DNA of 63,564 nt, the filler included, from Choristocarpus tenellus KU-1152 (lineage: Eukaryota; Protista; Phaeophyceae), in NCBI GenBank assembly GCA_964200185.2. It is 11 parts of 11 records of this genome, joined end to end, with 100 filler letters (N's around TTAATTAATTAA, not from the genome) between each part and the next. Parts side by side here need not be neighbours in the genome. Positions count along the whole stretch, not along the records: positions 7,828 to 12,835 come from CAXNAD020012188.1; positions 12,936 to 16,196 come from CAXNAD020021193.1; positions 16,297 to 19,563 come from CAXNAD020021158.1; positions 19,664 to 25,820 come from CAXNAD020008805.1; 7 more parts are not named here. One strand, written 5' to 3'. Below, piece by piece: positions 11,916 through 24,499 of the stretch. A model generated the notes under the pieces. That model did no database searches, was not told where the DNA came from, and saw nothing but the letters and a program-made list of their open reading frames with translations. How positions within the stretch are numbered: the first letter of the stretch is position 1; each line of letters opens with the position of its first letter. Position numbers and translations under genes: made by a program.

Positions 11916-14324
11916 TACTAAAATTATATTACTTAGACTCCTAAACATAATATAGTCACCAAAACAAGAATAGGCATCAGTCTTGTCCTGTGGTAGAGAA
12001 AAGGCCGTCAAAACATTTGTACCAATTTCACATTCTCCTCCCACTACAGGTATGTCTGTATGTACCACTAACCACATAAAAAATGTAATTTCAAATTTGT
12101 ACGGACATACGATTTTCTCCTCATTTATAGCCCCTCCATCCCAAACAAGGATGGACCCAACTCGAATACAGTAAGAAGGTGCCAAACAAAACATTTCAAG
12201 TCCCTCAATACTTCAACACGCGTGAAGAGACCTCCATCAAAATGGGGATGGTTAATCAACCAGGTTTATATTGCCACTTCTTTGAGCTAAATGAAACAAT
12301 CAACTGCCAGAAATTTTGTCATACATCGTCTATGTACAACTTTATCTGATTACATATTAAGTTCATACTACCTTTGTGCCATATGTTTGTACCGCGAAAC
12401 ATCTGGGCTCACCAAGCGAGAACGGTGCCGAATCGGACGATAACCCCACAGAATGAAATCGGGTTGACAATCTTAGCCTTCAGAAACGATGGGGGTCGAG
12501 GATCATCAGGTACAAACTAGAGGTGCTTCAAGCCGTCAATGTAGGGGTCTTTGGGGGTGATTTTGAGGCCAGAACTGGGCATATTGAGGGTCAGAACGTC
12601 GGCATGGCAATTCCCCCGTCGACCCCCCCACGTTGGGAGGGTGCCCAAGTGTTCCTGAATACCAGAGTTGTGCTTGTAGTGTGGCACAACCTCACGATGG
12701 TCCTTGGTGAGCATAAACTGCTGCGACATGTTGGACCAACCCTCGAAGCGGAGTTTTGAGTGTCCGAGTGTTAAATGTGAGGGATCTGGGAGGACGTCGC
12801 CAATCAGCTCACCCATGGCCACACGCTTGACCTAGNNNNNNNNNNNNNNNNNNNNNNNNNNNNNNNNNNNNNNNNNNNNTTAATTAATTAANNNNNNNNN
12901 NNNNNNNNNNNNNNNNNNNNNNNNNNNNNNNNNNNGTTCAAAAAAAAAAAAAGAACTTCATTTTGAAAAATCCCACAACACAAAAAAAGTGCGACACCCC
13001 CCCCCCCCCCCCCTCCTTCAAAGGGTTAAAAAATTACAAAGAGTTGAAAAAGAAAATTACTACGGTGTGAGTGTGGTATGGTAGAGGGTGATTGGGTCTG
13101 TGGTTTGAAAGTTTTTTTTTTCTAATAGATCTATTATCGTCCATTGTCTGGGGAGAAGTAGGTTGTGAATAATGATTGTCGAAATAAAAATAAGGAACTA
13201 GGTCTTACTATTATTAGTTTATTCCTTTTTTCTATGGTGTTACTAAATATATATATATATTAATATTTTATAATAATAATGATACGACTAGTGTTATTTA
13301 AAAAAAAATAATCAGATTGTTTGTAAAACTGTTGATCAACAGTAGTTACATTTATTCATAAACTTGGAAGTGTATCAGACAAACGTTATCGGTTTATGAA
13401 TAAACAGACGGTGAACGGGCGTTATCAGTTCCTATTATTTATATTATTATTTATCCAAGTGGATATCTGCCTTCGTTTGCCCCCAAGACAACATCACCAT
13501 CTCAAGCTGGAACGTGTTCACAGGCTGTTGGCAGTTGTTTTGTTTTGTTTGTCATGGCCAGGTGGTGACGATCTCTATTAATACTGTTGTCAAGTTGTTA
13601 AAAAAAAAAAAGAGATAGGGCAAACTGCGATTTTATTTCGGCTACATGAAAAGGATTAGAATTTTTTTTAATTTTGTTGAATTGTAGGTGAACGACGCTT
13701 TTTAAAATGCGGGAAAACAATATTTAAAAAAAACTCCCAAAGCCTCAACGGGCCTTACTTAGGAGGCAAATCTGCAGCCTTGGAGAGAGTGGTGGAATAG
13801 TTGCGTAGTGAGTTGATAAATGTAGTGATGTCATCATGCCCTGTTGTGAATATGCAGCAGGTAGGTTGTTTCGTGACCGACCTGATCTGTTCAGTGGTTG
13901 AAACCCCTGCTTGCATTGTGATAAGAAAATAAAAAATAATTGTCTTAATTTTTGGTTCTTTAAAAAAAATGGTTCTTCTGATTCACAAGGGCATTTGAGT
14001 CGATCTAGGGATTAATAATTTTTATGTACAAACATAAAGTGGGTCCCTTATTTATTATTATTATTATTGTCAACAGGTGTATTTGTCTTCATTATCAACA
14101 AAACGTATCAAGCCAACCCTTGTTCAAAAAATAAAAATAAACGGTAAGTGTTTTTTGTTGAGCATCCATCCATCCATCCGGCCTCTCGTTCGTTCGTTCC
14201 CTTTTTTATTTTTTAATGAAGACAAAAAAAAAATTGTCCACGTTCCATGTGGAGTTGTTTCTTGGGTGGGTGCACGCACACACACGATCTACCTCAAGAT
14301 TTGTTTTTTTTCTCTTTTTGTCAG

Positions 14325-14502
14325 GGCCCTGGATGGTGCAATCATGTCGATTGCTGATGTGACTGTTCCAGAGACCTTGATAGTTGAGCAGGCCCGAGAG
14401 AAGTTTGCCTTGATGATGACAGACTTTAAGGACCAGGGAGAGTCGGACTCAAAGATCAGGAGCATGATCAACAAGGAGGTGAGGGAGGCGCTCATTCTTT
14501 CA

Positions 14503-14533
<31 letters not shown>

Positions 14534-15520
14534 TTTTTTTTTTTTTTATTTTCACCCCTGGGGAGTTTTTTTTTTTTTTNNNNNNNNNNGGGTGGAGGAG
14601 TGTTGTTGGGGGGGGGGGGGGGGGGGGGGGAGGGGTGTGTAGTATCCTACTTCATTTTAATTTCACACCTGAGGAATATTTTTTTATTTTGGACTGGTGT
14701 GTATACTGTTGATTTGTTTTACTCCTGAGGAACTTTAAAAAAAAACTGGATTGCCGTGTGATAGGCACTCTTGTATTGGAAATTGCTTTGGTTTTGTTTG
14801 GGTAGGAGTTGTGTGAGTTACAGGTTGGTGTTGGGTTTGCTTTGTTGTAGGTAAGATTTTGTCTTGAATACTAGTGTAACAGTCGGTTGTTGCTTTGATC
14901 TTAGAGTGACTGGAGTGTTTTCCCATGCTCCGATTTGCAGGTATGATCTGTTGTACTGTGTAAGGTAAACCTCTCAGGTTTTGAAAATATTTTGTGGCGT
15001 GGTTACTTTGTTGATGCTTTTTCATGCGTAGAGTTTTGTCATAGTATGTGCTTTTGTAATTTATGTTTGTATGGTGTTTGTATTGGCATGGACTGGTGTT
15101 ACTTATTTTATTCTTATTTCTTCAACAGGCACTGGGAAATATTTTAGATACATGCAACAAGCAAGGAGGGTGGGAAATTAAGTTCATTGACTATACATCA
15201 ACTTGCATGTAAAAAAGAAAATGTCAATATATACCACCACTACTAAAGGATGACTGCAACGGTGTTGTTAGGGTTAGGGTTAGCTATTTAGAAATATCAA
15301 CATATTTATTTCTTCATTTTTGACCCTCGTTGTTTCACCTGCTCTTGCTCTCTTGCTTCATGAACACCCCATGGGCTCTGCATGGGGGCGGGGGTGTATG
15401 TGGTTGTTGGTGTGAAACCAGAACTTCGAGAAGTATGTAGAGGTTGTGAGGGCTAGTACCACCAGGGATCTCACGCTGGGTCTGGTTTACACCTACATTG
15501 CGGAGCAGGAGGGACTGACG
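14325..15520 (+). CDS. tig: Trigger factor (plastid type), C-terminal domain exons; partial
   Basis: Exons 14325-14478 (ALDGAIMSIADVTVPETLIVEQAREKFALMMTDFKDQG...INKE) and 15422-15520 (NFEKYVEVVRASTTRDLTLGLVYTYIAEQEGLT). AG/GT bounded and in phase. Matches the VPxxLV...LxLxxIAxxEGL pattern of the trigger factor C-domain. Confidence 0.75.
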
Positions 15521-16129
15521 GTGAGTGTCCAGAGAGCCCTAAGAGATTGTTGCTAGTAGTGGAAAGAGGGAAGGTTAGAATGGCGATTGTTTTTATAGAG
15601 GTGTACTTTGAAGCACTATGGTTGTGTGAGCATGGTCTCCTGTGCTTTGTTTTGTTGACTGGGAGAGACCATGACTTTAAACCCGATTTTCAAGATGTTC
15701 AACCCTGTGGGTCAGGTCATGTTTGTTGGCTTTGTGTTATGGTTATATCATGTGGAGGTACTGAGGTAGGTTCGTTGACTTGTGTGGGACTGTCAGTAGT
15801 GATTGGTGTTTGATTCAGAACTGCAGTGACAATTCTTCGATCTACTGCACCTTAACCCCCTCAATAATCATTTTCTTACTGAATCGTCAAGTTAGTTTTG
15901 TGTTTTGGTGTCTGATTTGTGGTCCCTTTGAGATAGAGGTTTGTGGCGGTGAATGGCGGAGGACTAAGTAGTTAATGACCTCTGCTTTCATTGGATTGGA
16001 TGAATCTAGCAAACATACATTTAACACCATTTTATGACAGTTGAGGTATTGATGTATTTTTCTCTGCCTTTCGAAGAAGGTGACAAGCATCACTCTTCAT
16101 CTTGTTTTCCTGTTTTATGGGTGTAACAG

Positions 16130-16196
16130 CAGATTTCAAAAATTGAGGATGGAGCTTTCATTGAGGATGGGCTTGACCCAAAATTGACTGGGATAA
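16130..16196. repeat. Dispersed repeat at contig end, reverse complement of 49042-49110
   Basis: GATTTCAAAAATTGAGGATGGAGCTTTCATTGAGGATGGGCTTGACCCAAAATTGACTGGGA is nearly identical to the reverse complement of the start of contig 9. Confidence 0.85.
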
Positions 16197-17193
16197 NNNN
16201 NNNNNNNNNNNNNNNNNNNNNNNNNNNNNNNNNNNNNNNNTTAATTAATTAANNNNNNNNNNNNNNNNNNNNNNNNNNNNNNNNNNNNNNNNNNNNAGAG
16301 ATTAGGCCGAATACAACCCGCCCCCCCCCCACCCCCCCCCCCCCCCCAGATACTTTGACCCATACGATCATTGAAATACAATAACCTGCAGCAGGAGTGA
16401 GGACAACACGAATCAGACTCGTGCCAAGTACAGTGGCACCAAATCATCTTGTCATACAGTGGCTTTTTGGTCCAATGGTATCTTTTCGTGTCTGATGTGG
16501 ATAGGGCGGATCCTGGGTTGGCACACACTACGTACCAGTATGTCACACAAAAGATACGGCATCTGGAGGTGCCGAAACAGCTGAACTCCAGGCAGTTGCT
16601 TGTCTTCTGATAGACTTCTCAGTCGTGGTGGAGTTACTGTGTTACCCATCATAGGCGCCAGTGAGGCAACGAGTCGAAGTGGCAAGGGAACCAACAGAAC
16701 CCTAACACCCTAACCCTAACTCTAACTTCAGATAGCCCAACAACTCATTCGCAGAATAATATCTGGAAAGCGATCACCATCATCCAACCATCCAAGCACC
16801 TTAAAAAAAAAATAACACCTTTTTTAAAAACATTCCCGTGCACCTAATTCAATGAAATTTTCCTTCCTTTCTTGCCCGCCTTTGAACAGTCCCCAGAATG
16901 TCAAGATGACTTCACTAGTTAGAGTTATCGGCAACAGAGAGTGTACTACAAGATCCATGGTATCCTGGAGGGGGGACCAGACGTCCATTGGGGGCCTGCG
17001 TGACTCTGTAGTGTTTTCCATTTCCTTTGAGTGAATGTATCGGATGTAAGGACAATTTGCTTCATCTGAACGCACCTTCCTTTTCCACCCCCCTAACCCT
17101 AGACCAAATCTGAAGGAAAAATACTCCCAAAACGTGCATCAAACCGGGGTATCTTACAACCCCTATTCAAGCCCCGAATGGACCCGGGCTAAA

Positions 17194-17452
17194 GAGCCAA
17201 AGTATCTTAGAGGGTAGGGCCGCGTCCATTAGGAGGCCAGAACCCAATGTTGAAATTTTGATGTAGTGTTGGCTATCGTGTTTGTTAGTAAGTGCCAATA
17301 TCCTTGTTCTGGACACACCTTTTCATAATGTATACATTTTACCTACTCCTGAACATTTTGGAGTAGGAAAATGTCATAAAAAAATCCATGGGAAGCCAAG
17401 CCCCAAATGGACAAACAGGGTAAAACGCGTACCCTCTAAGATACTTTAACTC
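17194..17452. mobile_element. MITE family B copy 1 (259 bp)
   Basis: TIRs GAGCCAAAGTATCTTAGAGGGTA ... TACCCTCTAAGATACTTTAACTC. Colinear homologue of the same length at 49781-50039. Confidence 0.9.
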
Positions 17453-17801
17453 AAACATCCCACCCACTCTACTACTGTGGCTTCAACCTTGGTGTATAGT
17501 GTAGACATTCTAAAGGTGGCAACTGCATTGCCGCATTTATGACAGAGAGTAGCTTGTGCAGTTGTCAAGAGCAGGCTGTGGTTTCATAATACTTGCATCA
17601 AGCCAAGCATTGGAATGCCATGATTTCGAAGACTTGTTCAACCTGCTTTTGGCTATGATGTAACACAGACTAACTCTCTTGATGAGGCATGGCAATGAAA
17701 GAACAAACAGTTTATTTTTCATATGGCAGAGTCCTGTCAAAACTACATACCTACAGTCACAACATCTGTTCGCACTCTCTACGCACTTTATTTTCCTTCA
17801 C

Positions 17802-18784
17802 CTGTCTAATCTTGAGGTTTGTTTCTCCGTCCAAGGATTTGGTCTCAACATAACATATACCGGCAGGACTCTCCAGGGAGGGCTCATCCACCCCCACAAT
17901 GAGCATATCACACGGTATGGCCTGCCGATTTGTTACCATAATCAAATCGCCCACAGAGATCTGCAATGACACAACGGTTCATTTTAACAACCTTTGAGTG
18001 TGGTCGATGCAATTTCACTATAAATGTTACGTAATATTGGGCATATAATAGGAGGGTCCTGAGAGGAGGTGAAACTTATGGTATAGGGCATTGGGTGCTC
18101 TGATTTGTTGTCAGTGGAGGAGTGCTGTACATTTTGTGTCATACTTCAGTGGAGGAGTGCTGTACATTTTGTGTCATACGTCAGTGGAGGAGTGCTGTAC
18201 ATTTTGTGTCATACGTCAGTGGAGGAGTGCTGTACATTTTGTGTCGTACGTCAGTGGAGGAATTGTGTCGGTTCACTACACCAGATAGAAAAGAAAAAAA
18301 AATGGAGAGGAAAACGGTATAATAACCTACCTAGCAGGTAGGAAAATGTTGCAGGTTGAGTTCATCCTAACAGCCTAACGTCTCAAGCCTTGCGATCTTT
18401 AATGTTTCGGAAGTCGAGGTGCTAGAGTCATACTTGGAAGATTCAATGGCAACAAAGCCCAGTCTTGGACGGCATGCTAGATTCATTAATGAAAACGAAG
18501 ATTCATTAATGAAAACGAAGATTCAATGGTCACACTGCATTGGGTCGCACCGCTTCCTTGATGCTTGAGAGGACAACAAGCAAGATTGTAACGTACTTGA
18601 TGCTCAGAAACAAATAGCCAACCCCCGATGACCCTCTGCATTCATACATCGAATGCTAATCATCTCGCCCACCCACCTCACTCCACTTGGCACTCTTGAA
18701 GGTCGAACTTTCCCTGTCCCACTTCATTGTTGGAGATGAGTTTGCAAACCTGTCCGCCCGATGCCTGGCCACATCCTCAATGAT
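17802..18784 (-). CDS. P4-type ATPase (phospholipid flippase), actuator-domain exons; partial
   Basis: Exons 18784-18677 (IIEDVARHRADRFANS...KWSE) and 17960-17802 (ISVGDLIMV...IPCDMLIV...CYVETKSLDGETNLKIRQ). DGET is the P4-ATPase signature. Confidence 0.93.
18111..18262. repeat. Intronic minisatellite, 35-bp unit x ~4.3
   Basis: TCAGTGGAGGAGTGCTGTACATTTTGTGTCATACG repeated head to tail at 18111, 18146, 18181, 18216 and 18251. Confidence 0.95.
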
Positions 18785-18827
18785 CTGGTACACAGCAGTT
18801 TCCCACACAATCAATCAGGAAAATATT

Positions 18828-18828
18828 G

Positions 18829-18869
<41 letters not shown>

Positions 18870-18923
18870 GCTACATCATGGGTAATTTCATCACTTACAA
18901 TCAGTGTACAATATGAAACCTTG

Positions 18924-18996
<73 letters not shown>

Positions 18997-19018
18997 CGCG
19001 CGCGCGCGTGTGTGTGTG
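18828..19018. repeat. Compound microsatellite (TGTC)n, (TA)n(TG)n(CG)n
   Basis: Read directly from the sequence. Confidence 0.95.
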
Positions 19019-20126
19019 GAGGGGGTCATCGGTAACCGGAAAACTGGGGGAAAAGTACCGTAGATTGACACTAAATAAAAAAAATAATAAATAATAGATA
19101 AAAAATAAAAAAGACTAAAGAAAACTTGGGTGCCAGGAGGACGATAGGGCAGTGTAGAGGTTGACTTCGACAGATTATGGTTTATCAATAATAACATGAA
19201 CAGTTTCTGTCTCAATTATACAGTCCTCCTGCTAAGCAAAAATTGTTCAAGAGTGAATGCACTGCTTGTCACCAGGACACCTTGAGCTACTCCCTTTCGA
19301 GCGCTGGAGAGTTGCAGGACATTTTTTTTTACATTTTTTTTTACTATATCAACATCACCCAACGTAAAACGAAACACAGAGTTCAGAAGCTATGGGTACT
19401 ATGGAGATGTGTGATAATTTATTACTCTGAAATATATTAGATTATTCTGATGAGTCCTTCCCCAGTATCAATCCATTCTCTTTCTTGTACGTTTTTTTTT
19501 TGTGTCTAATACTCCATTCCCTTTATGTTTTTGTAACACACAGGGTCAAAGTATCTGTGGGGGNNNNNNNNNNNNNNNNNNNNNNNNNNNNNNNNNNNNN
19601 NNNNNNNTTAATTAATTAANNNNNNNNNNNNNNNNNNNNNNNNNNNNNNNNNNNNNNNNNNNNGGAGGTGGGGAGGGGGGGGGGGTGGGGGGGTGGTTGC
19701 ATGCAGTGTAAGTAAAAATACACAAAAATATCGATATAAATAGTATCAATAGTGTAACATAAGGTGCTGTGAGACTAGGGTTAGGGCTGGGCATTCTTAC
19801 CAGGTTTGCCCAGTTGTAATGACTCAAAGCTTCTAGGTGGCACGTCACCCACATCAACAAGAGCATTAATATAATAAAATATTGATACTATTAGTGTGTA
19901 CCAGATATACAACTAAAGTGAAGTCACAATTGCAGTGTTGCCAATTACAGCAATCCAACCCGTTCTACTTTAGTGCTTTACTGCAATCAACATACTGGTT
20001 CTCACTTGTCTCAGCTGGTACTGAACCATTCTATACCACAGTTAAACTTGATATAGTGTGTAGTTAAACTTGATACAGTGTGTAGTGTGTAGTGTGTGAG
20101 TCTCAGTTTGTGCCTTGTACCAGTGT

Positions 20127-20305
20127 CATACCACTAATATCATACCACTAATATCATCCCACAAATAACATATCACTAATAACATTCCACTAATAACATA
20201 CCACTAATAACATACCACTAATATCATCCCACAAATAACATATCACTAATAACATTCCACTAATAACATACCACTAATAACATTCCACTAATAACATACC
20301 ACTAG
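20127..20305. repeat. 14-bp unit minisatellite (CATACCACTAATAA variants) with ~70-bp higher-order periodicity
   Basis: About 12 variant units; the same order of variants recurs. Confidence 0.9.
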
Positions 20306-21143
20306 TAATCAATATTGATAGTACTTCAAAGAACTTACCAGATCAGAACATCAAACCAAATACTGCAACACAGAAAAAGAGCTCAGCATGGGCACTGCTG
20401 CCTCAAATATAGATTCCAACCAGAGGAGCTCTCAACAAATGAAAATAAATGAAAATAAATGAATGCACCAGCAACTCCACGTGAGGTTCTAATTGGTCGA
20501 ATTAGACAGTGACATTGTACATGTGTGCAGGAAAAGGATACAGCTGTAAAATGTAAGGGTACAGGCCTATCCTCTTAAGTGGCAATCAGCATCGAAGTTA
20601 CACTATTAATACAATTAATTGCAATCCTCTTAGGGTTAGGGTTAGGGTTAGAGGTAATACCAAAAAAAAAACTTCCAAGAGTGGAACAGTCATGCACGAA
20701 GAATAACAAATATATTAATAAAAATTAAAATTAATAACACGATCAAGAACAAGAATCACGATCATGATATTGCATTGAAGGCAAGCAACCTCTAATAAAA
20801 TAACATTGAAAGGTAAGCGAAATAGGAAAGGTTGGTCTACATACTATACAGTTACATCAAAACCAAACAAGTAACAACTTGTCCAGCAGTCTCAATAGAC
20901 ACTACAATTATTTTTACTTTTTATATCGTTATTGTTATTGTTGTTGTCATTAACATTATTATTATTATCATTATTATTTCCCAATCGTGACTCTACTTCT
21001 CACCTACTCCCATCCAACACAGTTACAGATATTGTGATTGCCGTCAGTCTCTATCACACCCTAACCCCACTTAAAGCCACACCATAACTCCAATCCCTCT
21101 GAACACATTTGAGACAAGTTAAACAGTTGGGACTAAGACTAAC

Positions 21144-22010
21144 CTCAGTGAGGACATCCTCCGCTGACCTTCCCGCTACAGGCAACTTCTTCACAGACCC
21201 TGCCCTCCCACTTGGCCATAACGAGTGCTCCAGTTTAGCCTCAATCTTGAGCACCTCTGCCTCAACCATCCTTGCCACAAATGGCACCTCACGTAAAGAC
21301 CGGAACCCAGTGTCCATTACACAACCCTTCACAAGGGCACGGTCCAGGTCACAAGGGTTCATTGTACAGTCAAGTAAGTGGAGATAGGGTGTATGTATGT
21401 ATCACATTGAGAGGTATCGGAGGAGCAGCAAAAGAGCATCAGTGCATGTCAAGGCACCTTAACTATTAAAATAATATAATTTGACACAATAGTATTAGGG
21501 TCAGGGTCAGGGTTAGGGTTAGGGTTAGGGTTAGGGTTAGTTTTAATAGTAGTATTAGTATTATAATAGTAGTAGTAAGAGTATCAGCAGTAGTAGTATT
21601 ATTGGTATAGAATAAGTATTAGGGGTTGTCAATGCTTAACAAAATCAGAGGTTGTGGGATCGAATCCTCGCTGGACTGCTTTCCCACCTCCCTATTGGAT
21701 GCCTATTGGTGCTGACCACTCCAATGGCAAACCCTGAGGGTCACCAAACTGAGGGAGTGGTATGTACCACATTCCAACCAAGTGGTAAAATATTATTTCC
21801 ATGCCAACCCTCCCACCCTCCCATAGCGGCAGTGGCCAACCTCAGGTAATATTCCAATTCTTTCTTCCCTCTTACTTCACGACTTACCCTCAGGTCAGCC
21901 CAAGGTGTGGAAATGACCCTCACAGTTGAGAGTACCAGTTGCAGCAAGCCCCAGGCAGCAAACAGCTGTTGTGGTGTGAGGTGTTTGAGAAGGGAGGGTA
22001 ATATCCCCAT
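21144..22010 (-). CDS. Sphingosine-1-phosphate lyase-like (group II PLP decarboxylase) N-terminal exons; 3'-partial
   Basis: Exons 22010-21888 (hydrophobic anchor LFAAWGLLQLVLSTVRVI) and 21326-21144 (FRSLREVPFVARMVEAEVLKIEAKLE...KKLPVAGRSAEDVLTE). This matches the SPL N-terminal pattern F..LR..P...LP..G.S...VL. The PLP core is not on this contig. Confidence 0.7.
21496..21540. repeat. Intronic telomere-like (TTAGGG)n tract
   Basis: TTAGGG(TCAGGG)2(TTAGGG)4TTAG; many shorter tracts occur elsewhere in the window. Confidence 0.9.
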
Positions 22011-23473
22011 TTAGCATGGAACACGGTTTTGATTGGTGCAACTCCAGGGAGGGCTGGGTAGTTAAGAGTCCCCTGTGCTTTATTGAAGGGTATGCAACAA
22101 GGGTAAGAGGTAGCAGTAGGGTACGCTTCGCAACCAATAACACCACTAAGCAGTGAGAAAGAGATAAGCAAAACATTCCTGGGGAGGTACTGTCAACACC
22201 ATTGTGCAATGTCTAAACGTACATCATTATAGCATGTATCACAACCTCCGACACTATCACACCATGAGCGTTTTCTCATCTCATCGCACCAGTGCGATAC
22301 CATGTATCGCCACATGTACTACACCTCCTAGAGTAGAGCAAACATTACTATATCGCATTGTCTCTGTTCCAGTGGCCACAATTTGCTCACCGCCATGAGG
22401 TCTTCTATAGCTCCTTGGACTTGAAAGGGGATCACGGATGACAGTTCCTCTTGAATCATGCGTAAGGTGCTTTGCGTCGGTGCTTCGGCTCTGCCATACT
22501 GGAGAATAAGTGATTAGAAGGCAAGAGAAGTTAGGCATTGGCAGAAAGGTCCTACACAGAGGTGGTTGAGAGGATGTTCTTATTCTGTCGAAACAAGATG
22601 GATGCATTCATTGCTTCTAATACCACACGAGCATCTAGCAGGCAAAAGAGACACCCCCAAGTCAACAATCTCCACGCAATAAAGCGGGCAACCTTCATGT
22701 GGAAGCATTATTTCAGGATTACAGATAAGGAACGAGACTCCTCCATTCGCAGGGAAGCTCTTAACTAGATGCTCCAAGTTGCAAAAGTCTTCATGAACAA
22801 GTATTACTAAGGATCTCAAAGTCTATGATGAGATGAACAACCACAGAAACCAGACAATAAGACATACACAGCCAAATCCTTCCAGATACAGCTTCAATCT
22901 TCACGGGACAACATCTTTGGGGGGGGAGAATCGTAATCACGAGTAGACCAAGCAAGTACACTCACACGGTAGAGAAGCCAGGAGGTGGCCGTGATGCCCA
23001 TCAGGGAGTGGCGATGACGATGCAAAGGCTTTGTTAACCAGATAAGCTTTAACGCCAGAACCATCGTAAGAGCGTTGAGAAATCAGAGCCAGGTTAGATG
23101 GAACTGACTAGATTTGCAAACCTGAAACTGACTAGATTTGGCTTAGAAATTGACTAAATTTGCACTATAAAAGGGACTTCAAATTAAAAAATAGATTCAA
23201 TTACCATCGGATTACCTGATGGCGACCAAAAAAGTACAGCATGGCCCCAGCTAGGAGCGTAGTGCACACTGGTGAGGTATCGAGTGGATACAGGTTGCTC
23301 ATGATCATCAATCTCGGATGCTGTGCAACCAGGAGTTGTTTTTTGGTGTGTTAGGGTAGAGGGGAAACTTTTTTAGTCCAAATCTCTAACCAACCGCCTT
23401 CGCAGATGTTTGAACTCCATAAGCTTTCAAAATAACTTCAAACAACAAGACCACAAGGTTCATCTTGCAAACT

Positions 23474-24499
23474 ATGTTTGTCCTCGCCACCATGAGGGAT
23501 ACTGTCAAGGTACAAAGACGTAGTTTGATCATGTAGGCTAAACCTTGACCACCTCATTCACCTTGCTTCTTCCTGCGGTGATTAGGTGGTTAGCGTGTTT
23601 GACTCACCTATAGCTACAACACCACCACAAAGAGTAGACTAGCGCCAGTCACAGAACGAGTGAATCACGGGGTTGGGAAGTACATAGCAGTGGGAAGAGA
23701 ATCTTTGGAACGCTTCATAATTGCAGGCATTTCAGATATTTGAATTGTACAGGCAACTCTGTTTAAAAACGATGTTCAAGAACTTACGGTCTGAACATTT
23801 CGTATGTTGCATTTCCCGTGCCATGCTCCAGCTTTCCTCCGAAATTGTGTAAAGCTTGACATTCGCGCCACCTTACTGACCGTGTATCTCTCAGGTAGCC
23901 CCGGCCGAATTTGACAAGGACCAGATGGTTGTGCTAACAGAGATGATAGAGGCTAAATTTGCAAACAAGGTGAGCAAGGTATGCTTAGGGAGTGTCATGA
24001 ATACTCCCAGACTGAGAGGTTAGGAAATGGACCGATACTAGTTTGACCAATAACTGGGGGGAGAGAGTTTGTGGTGTGCTAGTGTGCAACTGGACGACTA
24101 CAAGGCTGCGGTAGTTGGTCGGTCCTCTCCTAGCTCGACATAGTCAGAATTGAGGACGAAGTGTTTTCATCCTCAGAAATGCACTATACACGAGCTCAAA
24201 GCGGACTGGGAGTGGAGGGCCTGGCTATTGCGATTCGATGGTGACACCCAACTTTCTCGATGATTACGCTTCTGACTCAGGGCAACTGGCTGGTTTGGTC
24301 GTCTTGAAACTGCACTGCGTCTTGCCGATAGTTGCTGCCCATCCCATGTTCTCTTTGTTCTCTTTGATACTCACCTATTCGAATTCCCTCGTGTTGTAAA
24401 AAGGTGATAATGAATGTGGGTATGTGCATCTGCTTGTATGACTTTGATGATATTGGAGATCCCTACATTTACCCCTCTGATGGCTCTGCACATCATAAG
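23474..24499 (+). CDS. RPC8: DNA-directed RNA polymerase III subunit RPC8/C25, first three exons
   Basis: Exons 23474-23509 (MFVLATMRDTVK), 23895-23969 (VAPAEFDKDQMVVLTEMIEAKFANK), 24404-24499 (VIMNVGMCICLYDFDDIGDPYIYPSDGSAHHK), all phase 0. Closely follows RPC8 MFVL...DTV.I.P..F...K.ANKV..NVGLCICL.D...Y..P.DG..H.K. Not in the ORF track. Confidence 0.92.

Noticed and set aside
13688-13800. Possible upstream trigger-factor exon (TAG|GTGAACGACGCT...)
   Set aside because: An in-frame stop follows within a few codons, in low-quality homopolymer-rich sequence, so it cannot be supported.
18111-18262. 35-bp repeats as a CRISPR array
   Set aside because: Units are contiguous with no unique spacers, lie in a eukaryotic intron, and no cas genes are present.
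18530-18620. Minus-strand peptide KYVTILLVVLSSIKEA resembling P4-ATPase TM2
   Set aside because: It lies in the intron after the exon it should precede and has no convincing acceptor site. The flanking exons already join in phase.
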